From assembly GCA_012862495.1 (NCBI GenBank), contig BLSG01000161.1, positions 1 through 63,355 on the forward strand: DNA of 63,355 bases, in the 5' to 3' direction. This document shows, piece by piece, positions 53,478 through 63,355 of this stretch. The translations under genes and the position numbers were made by a program. Source of the DNA: Thraustochytrium aureum (taxonomy: Eukaryota). Each line of letters opens with the position of its first letter. Positions within the stretch are counted from its first letter, which is position 1. Below the pieces are notes generated by a model, which saw only the letters and a list, made by a program, of their open reading frames with translations, was not told where the DNA came from and did no database searches.

Positions 53478-56400
53478 TTACGAGCTCGGCGCGTGCAGCA
53501 AGTACTGCTTCAGGCGGTCGCCGTAGCTGGCCTCCATGTCCTCGATTACGTGCGAGTTGGCCCCGAAGGCGAGGATGTGAAAGTCCTCGTCAAGCGCGAA
53601 AAAGGGCGCAGCATCCCTGCACACCGGCGGCGGCAAGTCCTCGACTCGCGTGCCAAAGTACTGCCGGCACTTCTCGGCGTTGACGCTGGGCGTTGCGCGA
53701 TCGACAATGTACGCGCGCACAATGGCGTTGTGCGAGTATGTGAGCGCTTTGGTAGAGGCCATTGCGTACTTGAGGTTGTGATGGTTGGTGAGGCTCATGG
53801 ACCAGACCTGCCAGCCCTCGCCGCGGTAAAAGTGGTACAGGTTTCGCGCCATTTCCCTGTTGAGGTCCGGGCGCTGGAGCAAAAGCCGCAAGGAGACGTA
53901 CTGCCAGCGACAGGTGAGGTCGACCCACCAGGTAAAGTCGCGCATGTTCTTGATCTCGAAGGGGGCGAGCTCGGCCAGGCGCTTGAGGCTCTTGAGCAAG
54001 GGCTCCACCATTGCGTCTTTCACAAGGTGCATCTCCTTGACGCGGCGGCGAACGACCATCTCCCAGGACTCTGAGCGAGCTTGAGAGTTCGTCATGGGGA
54101 AGAGGAAGTGCGAGGACCCAAAGATTTGGTCAAAGTGCTCGGAAGTGACCACAATGTTGCTGTCAAGGTCCATGATATCGCCGAGGAGGAGGTGCGAACG
54201 CCCATGGACGCCAGCGCTCTCCGGGTCGTCCGGGTGCGAGCTGCTCTTGTTGAAGAACCGGCGCCGGCGCTCCTCCTGCCATTCGTTCGGCTCGAGGATG
54301 CCCTCCCACTTGCCTCGCCTGCCGGGCGCCAAGAAAGCCTCGTAGAAGGCTTCGAAGCGCTTGACCGCCTCCCGAAAGAAGACGACCTTGAGCGTGACGC
54401 GCTCCTTGCGAAAACGCTCGGTGCCGAGGTCCATCAGTGCGAGCAGCGCCGCTGTCGACCCTGGCTGCCCATCCCAGAGGACCTGGATGGACCGCACGCC
54501 TGTGCGGACGGCCTGGTCCAGGATGTCTTTGGCGGTGCTGCGAAAGAGGCGGCCAAGACCCGATCCCTCCACCGCGCTTGCGAGCTCACCCAACTTGGCG
54601 TTGGAAGCCTCCAACGACAGCGGGGAGCGGCTTGTCGCTGTTGAGGAGATGCTCTTGACCGAATCATCGCTATCAAAGCGGCGCCGTCGCGTCGCGCCGG
54701 TGAAGCGCCTTTCGCCATGCTGGCGCGACTTGGACTTTCTGGCCCCCACTTTTTTGAGCTCGCTCTGGCGCGGCATGAGGGCCTCTTCCTCCACGGATTC
54801 AGGGAGCTCGTCCATAATCGAAACCTGAAGGTTGCGAAACGTGAGGCTTCCTGTGCGGTCCACGACGGGCGTGTTGAGCAGCATCGAGAGAGCCAGCAGA
54901 AAGTCGTTGTTCGGGTCGGGAAACCGCGCGCCGGCAACGTAATACTCAAAAAGAGGGCTGGCCAGCAGGAGCGAAGAGCCGCGGGCCAACCCAACGCGCG
55001 GTCGCATGCCCAAGTCCTCCTCCATAAACTCTATTTCGCGCACTATGGCGACCTCGAGGTCGGAGCGGGGCACATCCTCGACGACCATGTACGCCTGGCC
55101 ACACTCGTCGAGGGCGGCTTCGCAACTCTTGGGCAGCATCCCCGGAGGCGCCAGCACGATGGCGGGGACCATGAAGGAGAACCTGTTCTCCGGCCCCGAC
55201 AAGGGTTCGTTGGGCGAGGGGTTCTCGTCGGAAAACGAACCGAGCTGCAGGATGGGAAACATGGTCGGCACGTTGATAGCGGAGATGAGCATTTCGGCCA
55301 GGTTTCGCGCGAAGCGCATGCACCGACTATTGCCCCGCGGCGCACTGCCCGAGAGGTCAAAGCTTCCCTCGCTTCTGTACAGCTCGAGGACGTAGTCGGC
55401 GGCCAGCGAGATCCCCAGGTTGGTCCCGTTGAGCACGATCTGATTCGTCACCGGTACCATGTCGATAAACTCGTCAAAGACCACCTCGCTCGCCGAGGCC
55501 TCTGCCACCATGCACGCCGCGGAGTAGTGGTCAGCCACAACGCAGGGAAAGTCTTGGGGGTTGTTCATCCGCAGCTTTGTGGAGGCGGAGCAGGGCGGTC
55601 TGCCCACCGGGTCGTGCAGAGGCTGCCGAGCATTCGTGCGTGTTGCGGCGCACCGGAGAAAGAGACGCCCAGGCACAAAGCTCCACTCGCCATTGGTGTA
55701 GAGCGTCAGGAGCGCGGCGAGGAGCTCGACGCGGCCGGGGTGCACGCGGTAGACCTCGCGCGGCCGTTTGGCGAAGTGGTGCGCCTTCGCATACGTCGCA
55801 CCTTTGCCACGCTTCACCGTGACAGCCCCCTCGACGTCCAGGCCTTTCGACTCGGCGGCGGCAGCAGAGGCCAGTGCCGCGGCTGTGATTGCCAACTCCT
55901 CGCTCCTTTCGTCGTCGTCGGTGTCGTCCAACAAGCCGCCCTCCGGAGCAGCGCTCGCTTTTCGGCGGAACCGCGTGGAGATCATTACGCGCCGGCGGAT
56001 GCCACGACCGCCTGCGGCGATCAAGTCGCTGCGCCCAATCTTGAGTCCGTCAAGGTTGGGCAGTCGCATCGATACGCGTTGCGAGGCCCGCATCGAAATC
56101 CGCTGGGAGGCTCGCTGCGAGAGCCGCATGGATGCGCGGAACCCCTTCGAGATCCGCGCCGTGAGGCTCGGGCCTGTGTTGTCCCTTCGGCGCATCTGGT
56201 CGAGCATTCCACGTAGTTTGCCGCGGCCAGCTGTCTCTTGTTCGCCACCGCTCTGGTCCTCGGCCGACAGCGTCGACAGCTGCTCATCGGCGTCCCCTGA
56301 CGCTTCGTCGTCGTCGGGACCGAAGAAGTCAGCTGCAAGCGCCTGTGCCCGCGCAGCAGCACGGGCTTGCATGACAGCGCGCTCGTTGCTATGTACTCTT

Positions 56401-56672
56401 GGGACCGAGCTACGGATCACCTCGGGCGAAGGGATGTCGTCGGGCGGCGGCTGGCTCTGGGCGCTGCTTGCCTCGCGGGCCGCGCCAGGCTCTTGTTCCG
56501 GGCCCCCGCCACCGACTTCCGAGACCCGAATCGTGTCGCAGGCCTCCCCGCTACCCCCTTGCACCTCCCCCAGCAAGCTCTCGCCGCCGATTTCCATGGC
56601 CTGCATCGTGTGGCGAAGCTCGTCGTTGTCAACCGGCTCTTCGCCTTCCGCAGCGCCACGCACTCCAGCCAA
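53478..56672 (-). CDS. Large hypothetical protein (~1000 aa) with a C-terminal degenerate asparagine-synthetase-like/PP-loop domain
   Basis: Uninterrupted ORF with a disordered N-terminus. The C-terminal motifs VVDRTG, IQVLWDGQPGSTAALLAL, IVVTSEHFDQIFGS, DFTWWVDLTCRWQYV and HFYRGEGWQVWS resemble the adenine-nucleotide alpha-hydrolase (SGGxDS, TGExGDQLFG) family. The start is uncertain (ATG at 56606 or further upstream). Confidence 0.7.
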   Translation of the reverse strand: MAGVRGAAEGEEPVDNDELRHTMQAMEIGGESLLGEVQGGSGEACDTIRVSEVGGGGPEQEPGAAREASSAQSQPPPDDIPSPEVIRSSVPRVHSNERAVMQARAAARAQALAADFFGPDDDEASGDADEQLSTLSAEDQSGGEQETAGRGKLRGMLDQMRRRDNTGPSLTARISKGFRASMRLSQRASQRISMRASQRVSMRLPNLDGLKIGRSDLIAAGGRGIRRRVMISTRFRRKASAAPEGGLLDDTDDDERSEELAITAAALASAAAAESKGLDVEGAVTVKRGKGATYAKAHHFAKRPREVYRVHPGRVELLAALLTLYTNGEWSFVPGRLFLRCAATRTNARQPLHDPVGRPPCSASTKLRMNNPQDFPCVVADHYSAACMVAEASASEVVFDEFIDMVPVTNQIVLNGTNLGISLAADYVLELYRSEGSFDLSGSAPRGNSRCMRFARNLAEMLISAINVPTMFPILQLGSFSDENPSPNEPLSGPENRFSFMVPAIVLAPPGMLPKSCEAALDECGQAYMVVEDVPRSDLEVAIVREIEFMEEDLGMRPRVGLARGSSLLLASPLFEYYVAGARFPDPNNDFLLALSMLLNTPVVDRTGSLTFRNLQVSIMDELPESVEEEALMPRQSELKKVGARKSKSRQHGERRFTGATRRRRFDSDDSVKSISSTATSRSPLSLEASNAKLGELASAVEGSGLGRLFRSTAKDILDQAVRTGVRSIQVLWDGQPGSTAALLALMDLGTERFRKERVTLKVVFFREAVKRFEAFYEAFLAPGRRGKWEGILEPNEWQEERRRRFFNKSSSHPDDPESAGVHGRSHLLLGDIMDLDSNIVVTSEHFDQIFGSSHFLFPMTNSQARSESWEMVVRRRVKEMHLVKDAMVEPLLKSLKRLAELAPFEIKNMRDFTWWVDLTCRWQYVSLRLLLQRPDLNREMARNLYHFYRGEGWQVWSMSLTNHHNLKYAMASTKALTYSHNAIVRAYIVDRATPSVNAEKCRQYFGTRVEDLPPPVCRDAAPFFALDEDFHILAFGANSHVIEDMEASYGDRLKQYLLHAPSS

Positions 56673-56867
56673 GGAGCAGCCGCAGCCAGCCGGACCACCC
56701 CAGCTTCGGCACGGCAGGGCGCTTCACGGCAGGGCGCTTCACGGCAGGCGCTCTGCAGCAGGCGCTCCGCGGCAGGCGCTCCGCGGCAGGCAACTCCTGC
56801 GTCGCACCCAACCTCGAGGTCCAAGCCCACGACCAAACGCCAGCGCGACGCAACCCCGAGCGCCGCC

Positions 56868-56950
56868 ACACGCACGCACGCACGCACGCACGCACGCAGC
56901 CGCGCAGGCGAAACCGCAGTCACGCAGGCCAAACCGCACGCACGCACGCA
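56868..56950. repeat. (GCAC)n microsatellite at the gap edge
   Basis: Direct inspection. Confidence 0.9.
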
Positions 56951-58649
56951 NNNNNNNNNNNNNNNNNNNNNNNNNNNNNNNNNNNNNNNNNNNNNNNNNN
57001 NNNNNNNNNNNNNNNNNNNNNNNNNNNNNNNNNNNNNNNNNNNNNNNNNNNNNNNNNNNNNNNNNNNNNNNNNNNNNNNNNNNNNNNNNNNNNNNNNNNN
57101 NNNNNNNNNNNNNNNNNNNNNNNNNNNNNNNNNNNNNNNNNNNNNNNNNNNNNNNNNNNNNNNNNNNNNNNNNNNNNNNNNNNNNNNNNNNNNNNNNNNN
57201 NNNNNNNCGCCGTGGCGATGCGCGAGGTAGTAAACGCGCAGACTCGGCGCGAATTGTCGCGTGGGCAGAGATACGAGACTCGAGATGCACACCTCCCCCG
57301 CGTTGTGTGGTGGTACTATGGTGGTGGCCATAGCCCTCTAATTGCGATGCGCCGCGCGAGCACGCCGCATCGGCTCGGGCGCGCCTGCGGCTGCAGTGCT
57401 GCCTGCTTTGCTATGGGGCTGGCGATCTGCCGCTGTCCGGTTGGCCTCCGCGCTGGTCCGAGCCCGGCTTGGCGAGCTCGAAAGGGAATGGGGAACGAGA
57501 TGCGCGAGCGGCTGTTGCCTGCCAAGGCGAACGACGTTGCTCCATGCGATCGCGACACGCCACCGCACACTGCGACGATGGGATCGACTTGTAAACACGC
57601 GAGCGTGAAGGCGGTTGGCTCGAAGAAATTCTCTTGTCTGTGAAACAAAGGGCTGCTGAAGTACAGGACCTAGTGTGACTTGTTCTGCGCCGCATGACTC
57701 GCCGGCCGCAGCCTCCACGCAAAACGAGGCCGCCTTTGCGTTGTTGACCAGCGAGTCCGAGTAGAGCTTGTGGCTGATGACGATGGTGGCCTGCACGCCC
57801 TTGATAAGGATCGGGGCCAGAATCTCGTCGCGCGAATCCTCCCTTCGAGACGGGTGTTCATCTTCTTGTGCGGATGCAGGCAGTACAAGTCCCCGACAAG
57901 CCCTCGACGGGTCAGGCCGAGCCGAGCAACCTTCGAATGGGCATCGTCGCGTTCAGTTCAGAAGTTGTGCGAGGCGGGCCCATTTGAAGCCTCGGGCATG
58001 GGAAGCTTTTGAATTGAAGCCGCCCTTGTTGCGACCGCGGAGCGACAAGCGGCCTTCTCGAACGCAGCGTCTTTGCCGACGTGCAGCACGGGTGGCATCT
58101 TCCCATCCGCGTCGGCGGTCACCAAGCGCTACACCAAGGCAACACGCAAGCCCATGCGCCGGGAAAAAATGCCGGCGTCGACCCGCGCCCCCCTCGGCAG
58201 ACTCGCGGTCTTGCGAGAGACTCGCCGCCCTGCACGCCGCCCCTGCGCGCTCTGCGCTTGGCGTTGCAAGTCCGAACCACGTCCAAACCGTGCGCAGGCG
58301 AGTCGTCCCGTGGCAAANNNNNNNNNNNNNNNNNNNNNNNNNNNNNNNNNNNNNNNNNNNNNNNNNNNNNNNNNNNNNNNNNNNNNNNNNNNNNNNNNNN
58401 NNNNNNNNNNNNNNNNNNNNNNNNNNNNNNNNNNNNNNNNNNNNNNNNNNNNNNNNNNNNNNNNNNNNNNNNNNNNNNNNNNNNNNNNNNNNNNNNNNNN
58501 NNNNNGGTCTGGCGGCCGTGGCGGTTTTGCCCCATCGCAGTGCCCGAGTTGCCGCCGTCGAGGACAGCGACCCGCGTGCCGACCGGTCGAGCAGAGCCCG
58601 CGCGGTCGTGACTCAACCTAGTGTCGCGCCGTTTGCCGTTCAAGCCGGG

Positions 58650-60902
58650 ATGCCGGCCTTCACGCTCCTCCATGACCGCGTGATTCCCGTTCCCGCGGCC
58701 GCGCCCGTGTCTGGCGCGGCCGGGGCCGGTGGAAGCTCGCCCGTGGCGTCGGGGCCCAAGGATGCCGACGCAGCGCCGTGCCTGGCCGTGTGCTGCCCCG
58801 CGATGGATCTTGTGGCGCTGGCGAACGCGGGGCAGCTGGTGGTCAACCGGTCCATCAAGTGGGAGACGCTCTTCAAGGCGGCCTGCGACGTGAGCTGCAT
58901 GGCCTGGCGCCCAGACGGCAAGGCGTTGGCGGTCGGCCAGGAGGACGGGTTGATCGTTCTCCACGACGTGGAAAACGGCGAGGAGTTTTCGCTCCCCAGG
59001 GCGGCCCGCCCGCACAGCAGCCCGATCGTGTGCATGACCTGGTCAAAGGAAGAGCCAGACGCGAGGGCGACCGACACCAAGGCTAACGGGCCCGTGCAAA
59101 GCTCGGCTACCCTGCTGCATGTCGGGGGAACATCTGTCTACCGGGACCGGGCCGGCCTGCTTCTCAAGGTCCGCAAAGCCGCCGCCACGAGCGAGCGCGA
59201 GCAGTCCGCCAACGCGTTCAAGTCGTATGCATCGGCGCTCATGGACATGCCGCTGTTCGGGGTGGATGACACCCCGCGGGAGCGCCTTGAGATCCTCGTC
59301 AGCGGCGACACCTCTGGCGTCGTGACCCTGGGGGCTTTCGGCTACTTCCCGATCGGGTGCATCGACCTCTCTGGCGCATTCGACGAGGAGCGCCCCCGCT
59401 CGCCCCCGCGCGTGCGGCGGCTCTGCCTCTCGAGCAATTTGCGCATGCTCATGGCCCTGCTCGAAAGCGAAGGCAAGTACCGCGTCGTGACGGTGGACAC
59501 GGCCGTGCTGGCAGACCGGTCCAACGAACTGCGACACGTAGCCGCGCAGTGCGGTCACATCTCCGAACAGATCGCCAATGTACAGAACGCCCTCCAAGCC
59601 ATGGGGAAGAGCTGGGACGAGGCGACTGCCGCCTTGGAGCGCCACATCGAGCCGCTCCAGCACCAACTGCGGTGCTTTGAGCGCCCGAACACGCCCGAGC
59701 AGGAACTTTTCATGATGCTCACATGCGGCGTAACGACTGCCGCGCTTCAGCGCTATATTGCCGACCTCCAAGAGCAGGGCTTGCAGCGGCTCGGCAAGAC
59801 ACTCGACTCCGCATGCGCCAAGGTGGACGACGTCGCCACGCACTCGCTCTACCACGCCGCGCAGGCGCTCGTGTTCCGCCTGCACGACATGTTGGGCTTG
59901 GCCGAGTGGACCGAGCGGTTCCAGCCGATCGGGCTCGACGCGCCAACGATCCGCGCGCTGTTGGAAACCGCCCAGCTCCTCCTGCTAAAGGTGCAAGAGA
60001 CGCTCACTTGGGTCAGGGATGCGCGCGCAAACTTTGCGGCCTTCACGGTGTGGCTCCAAACCGTGTGGCGGAAAAACCAAAAGTCGCACCGTGACCAGGA
60101 TCTCGAGGGTCGCAAGCACTTGGCCCACGTCGACAGCGACCGCCTCGTCAACCTCCTGAGTCGCCGACTATTGCACCCTCATGTCTCGGAGCAGTTCAAG
60201 GCGGCGCCGCTCTCGGCGCAGACTCAGCCGGTCGTGTGGACCACCGCGACGCAGAGTCTCAACACGAAGGCGTCGCTGCAGCAGGCCTTTGAGGAGCTCC
60301 ATGCTGGATGGGTCAAGGCCTTCCACATGACTTCGGAAACCGTCTCGGCAGCTTTTCGGCCTGTCGAGAACCGGCCCCTTGACGGCGTAAGGCCGCGGCT
60401 CGTCGACGTTTCCTTTGCAGAGGGCAGCTTTTACGTCGCGCTGGCGCACGTCGACCGGCCAGAGCTCTCCATCTACTCGCGGCTCTGCGCAGATGGCCCA
60501 GCTGCTCAAATGACGGAACGCGTTTTGGAGCTCGAGGGCGTGGGCGAGATCTCTGATGTGGCGTTCTACAACGCGGAGAGCCTCCTCGTCGCCTTTAGCG
60601 ACGCCGAAGGGCGCCGCTTCCTGGGCCAGGTGCCCTTTGCCGCTGCCGAGGCCGACGAAAGCGACCACGTGCGGGACCATGACACTGTCTCTATCGAGCG
60701 CCTGCGCGAGCTTCGGCCGTCGGGCTGGAAAACCACTGGCATCGTCTGTCAGGGCAAGCGCGGGATTGCCCTTGTCTTCACGTCCAACCGCCGGTTGCGC
60801 TTGCTTGACATCGAGGACGACGACGAAAGCGCCGGCGGCGAAGACGACGACGACGACGACGAGAGTGGCGACGGCGGCGCGGCTCAGGGCGACGGCAAGT
60901 AA
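58650..60902 (+). CDS. ANAPC4: Anaphase-promoting complex subunit 4
   Basis: APC4 WD40 signature CPAMDLVAL...LVVNR...MAWRPDGKALAVGQEDGLIVLHDVENG, LGAFGYFPIG, a helical domain (ELFMMLTCG...LVFRLHDMLGLAEW) and an acidic C-terminus. Confidence 0.88.
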   Translation: MPAFTLLHDRVIPVPAAAPVSGAAGAGGSSPVASGPKDADAAPCLAVCCPAMDLVALANAGQLVVNRSIKWETLFKAACDVSCMAWRPDGKALAVGQEDGLIVLHDVENGEEFSLPRAARPHSSPIVCMTWSKEEPDARATDTKANGPVQSSATLLHVGGTSVYRDRAGLLLKVRKAAATSEREQSANAFKSYASALMDMPLFGVDDTPRERLEILVSGDTSGVVTLGAFGYFPIGCIDLSGAFDEERPRSPPRVRRLCLSSNLRMLMALLESEGKYRVVTVDTAVLADRSNELRHVAAQCGHISEQIANVQNALQAMGKSWDEATAALERHIEPLQHQLRCFERPNTPEQELFMMLTCGVTTAALQRYIADLQEQGLQRLGKTLDSACAKVDDVATHSLYHAAQALVFRLHDMLGLAEWTERFQPIGLDAPTIRALLETAQLLLLKVQETLTWVRDARANFAAFTVWLQTVWRKNQKSHRDQDLEGRKHLAHVDSDRLVNLLSRRLLHPHVSEQFKAAPLSAQTQPVVWTTATQSLNTKASLQQAFEELHAGWVKAFHMTSETVSAAFRPVENRPLDGVRPRLVDVSFAEGSFYVALAHVDRPELSIYSRLCADGPAAQMTERVLELEGVGEISDVAFYNAESLLVAFSDAEGRRFLGQVPFAAAEADESDHVRDHDTVSIERLRELRPSGWKTTGIVCQGKRGIALVFTSNRRLRLLDIEDDDESAGGEDDDDDDESGDGGAAQGDGK

Positions 60903-61037
60903 ATCCAAACCAACGCATCCATCCTTGCTGCAATGCACGATCCCTCCGGCTGGGCATGCCAGCTCCCGTATCGTAAAGCACTCAAAGTACCCGCCCACCT
61001 TGAATGCGCACACTGCCGGCCGGCGAGGACACGATGT

Positions 61038-61164
61038 TGATTCATTTGCGGCATCTTTCGACCAATCCCGCGTGAGCCGATTGCCGGCCGGCAGTACACG
61101 ATGGCTGACTGATGACAGTGATTCATTTGCGGCATCTTTCGATCAATCCCGCGTGAGCCGATTG
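61038..61164. repeat. 46-bp direct repeat (2 copies, 81-bp period)
   Basis: tgattcatttgcggcatctttcga(c/t)caatcccgcgtgagccgattg at 61038-61083 and 61119-61164. Confidence 0.9.
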
Positions 61165-61492
61165 TCTCCAGGGTGCATCGTCTCAACAGCCTCACGTCTC
61201 GCTTGGCCAACTTGCTCGGCTCTTGATCGATGACGAGCGCCAATCGCAATAGCTCCGCTTGCAGGCTGTGGCGCGCGGGCCCAGAGCTGCCTGGCGCGTT
61301 GGCGGCCGGAGTTGACCGCAGCGCGAGGCCAAGTCCTCGCTTGTGCGGCCCGCTCGAAGCGCGGCTTGGTGGTGCGTGCAGCACACGAGCTGGTGGGATT
61401 CTGGCGGGCGGATTCTGTGCTGCAAAATGGCGCCAACCTCTCCAGGGAGCGAGACTGCGCTGCCACGGGCGGCCGGGGGCCAACAGAAGACG

Positions 61493-63233
61493 ATGGAGAG
61501 GGCATCGGGCAGCGATGGCAACGACGCAGAGCGGGCTGGCTGGCAGGATGTGGGCCGGGACGGCAGCCGACTGCCGTGGCGCGCAATCGCGAGGTACTCC
61601 GTCGTCAAAGTGCTTGGTATCGTCGCGCTAATTGGCGTGGTCTCAGCGATCCGCTTTGATCTAGCGACCCAGTGGGGTGCGCACAGCGGGGGCGCCACGG
61701 ACGTGCTGCTGGGCCCGCAGACCAGGCCTGGGGGGGGCGCAGCCGGACCTGCCGCAGAAGCGAGCACTTCGGAGTCTGACCCAACACGCGCGATTCCGCG
61801 CCACACGCGCGAGGAGGCAATAGCGCTGAGTCGGCTCAAGCTTTTACCACAAGGGCCGAGTCTCTNNNNNNNNNNNNNNNNNNNNNNNNNNNNNNNNNNN
61901 NNNNNNNNNNNNNNNNNNNNNNNNNNNNNNNNNNNNNNNNNNNNNNNNNNNNNNNNNNNNNNNNNNNNNNNNNNNNNNNNNNNNNNNNNNNNNNNNNNNN
62001 NNNNNNNNNNNNNNNNNNNNNNNNNNNNNNNNNNNNNNNNNNNNNNNNNNNNNNNNNNNNNNNNNNNNNNNNNNNNNNNNNNNNNNNNNNNNNNNNNNNN
62101 NNNNNNNNNNNNNNNNNNNNNNNNNNNNNNNNNNNNNNNNNNNNNNNNNNNNNNNNNNNNNNNNNNNNNNNNNNNNNNNNNNNNNNNNNNNNNNNNNNNN
62201 NNNNNNNNNNNNNNNNNNNNNNNNNNNNNNNNNCGCCAAGACGTGCCAAGGTCTTGACGCCTCCGAAAGCGGCGCATCCCAAGGTCTCCTGGCCCGCAGC
62301 GCAGGGACGGCTGCTTGCAAAGCGGGAGGGGCGGGACGAGCCCTCCCCTCATACTTTACGATAGGCTACAGCCAGGCCGGGTCCACCTTCTTCGCCTCGT
62401 TGCTGCAAAAGCACCCTGGAGTGGCCAGTGCGTGCGCCAAGGAGATCAACTTTTTTGACAAGAAGTTGGTGGCGCTGGGCCACAAGCGCCAAGGCGCGGG
62501 CGCCGCGGGCGCCGCCCCCACCGCCTTAGTGAGCGTGGACAGCTACCTGCACTGCCTGGGCGCCAGTCTCTCCGGCCCTCTAGACGGGCGGTTGGTGGGC
62601 GACAACACGATCAAAACCATCTACACAGACTCGGCGATGCCGCTCTGGGTGCGGGCCGTCAACCCCCGCGCCCGCCTTATCGTGATTCTCCGCGACCCGG
62701 TCGCCAGGGTCTTCTCCAGGTACAAGCAAAAGGGCGGCGGCATGGGCTGCGCGCGCCGCATCGAGGCCGCCGCCTGCGCGGGGAACTTCGCCGGCTACGT
62801 GCAGCAGATGACCGCGTACATCCACCGCGCCTGCCCCGGCCTCGCCGAGGGCACCGCCGATCCGTCCAGCGTCTTCCACTGCGCCTCGCTGGCCAGCGCC
62901 TCCAAGTTGGACACGGACACCCTGGTCAGCTCCTTGTACGCCGCGCACATCGAGTACTGGTTTCGCTTCTTCCCGCGGCGCCAATTCACCTTCGTGTCCA
63001 GCGCGCGGCTCTTCAGCGACGCGAACGGGACCATCAACGAGGTCGCCGAGCGCATCGGGCTCGACCACTTCGACGCCACGCCCTTCATGTCCAAGACCTC
63101 GCACAACTCGCACGTGCGCAGAGCCCGCGTAGGCCCTGCGTCGCGCGACCTCCTGCGCGCCTTCTTCCGCCCCACCGTGCGGCGCGTACGCGAGCTCACG
63201 GGCATCGACCTGGCCGAGGACTGGGCGGCCTAG
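61493..63233 (+). CDS. Golgi type II membrane sulfotransferase (heparan-sulfate O-sulfotransferase-like); spans a gap
   Basis: N-terminal anchor VVKVLGIVALIGVVSAI before the gap. After the gap an open frame carries LPSYFTIGYSQAGSTFFASLLQKHP, KEINFFD, 3'-PB LIVILRDPVARVFSRY and SLYAAHIEYWFRFFPRRQF. Joining the two sides of the gap is inferred. Confidence 0.8.
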
Positions 63234-63355
63234 GCGCCTGGGCTCGTGGGGCTCGCGCGGATTGACGGGGCTCGTGGGGATTGTTGGGGCTCGCGGGATG
63301 GGGTTCTGCCGCGCCGGGCTCGATGGGCTGCTGGATGGCCCCCGCGCCCGCGCCG

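Noticed and set aside
57338..57890. Minus-strand segment DEILAPILIKGVQATIVISHKLYSDSLVNNAKAASF
   Set aside because: Protein-like but short, with no ATG-initiated frame or motif; not enough support for a CDS.
61038..61164. 46-bp repeat, 35-bp spacer, 46-bp repeat resembling a mini CRISPR array
   Set aside because: Only two copies and no cas genes in a eukaryotic context. The 'spacer' shares gccggccggc and acacgatg with the sequence before copy 1, so it is a degenerate tandem duplication.
1..63355. Transposase, retroelement, endogenous virus hallmark genes, rRNA or tRNA
   Set aside because: No DDE, RT, RuvC, capsid or polymerase motifs and no recognisable structural-RNA signatures were seen by eye. 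tRNAscan-SE and Infernal were not run.

Overview
This is a GC-rich, gene-dense, almost intron-free eukaryotic scaffold fragment with about 18 N-gaps. The gene content includes a tubulin glycylase (implying a flagellated stage), APC4, DBP7, cytosolic SerRS, a USP10-like deubiquitinase, a DNAJC7-like co-chaperone, KDSR and repeats of a type I recall from stramenopile surface proteins. Together with one clear GT-AG intron, this points to a protist, most plausibly a thraustochytrid/labyrinthulomycete-like stramenopile (inference, not verified). About 20 genes can be supported. The most unusual part is a block at 19-38 kb. It holds a ~9.8 kb gene for a giant secreted mosaic protein (FG-GAP propellers, Calx-beta, a YHYH domain and a GH32-associated-type domain), a bacterial-type two-cysteine Asp/Glu racemase, a hairpin-rich 71-bp tandem repeat, and a head-to-head pair of membrane-anchored GH13 alpha-amylase-like paralogs. 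Other points of interest are a ~1000-aa protein with a degenerate asparagine-synthetase-like PP-loop domain, a sulfotransferase whose PAPS-binding lysine appears as Gln, several structured tandem duplications, and several single-base frameshifts at homopolymers that are probably sequencing errors. No CRISPR array, rRNA, tRNA or transposase was found. All family calls come from motif recognition, not database searches.
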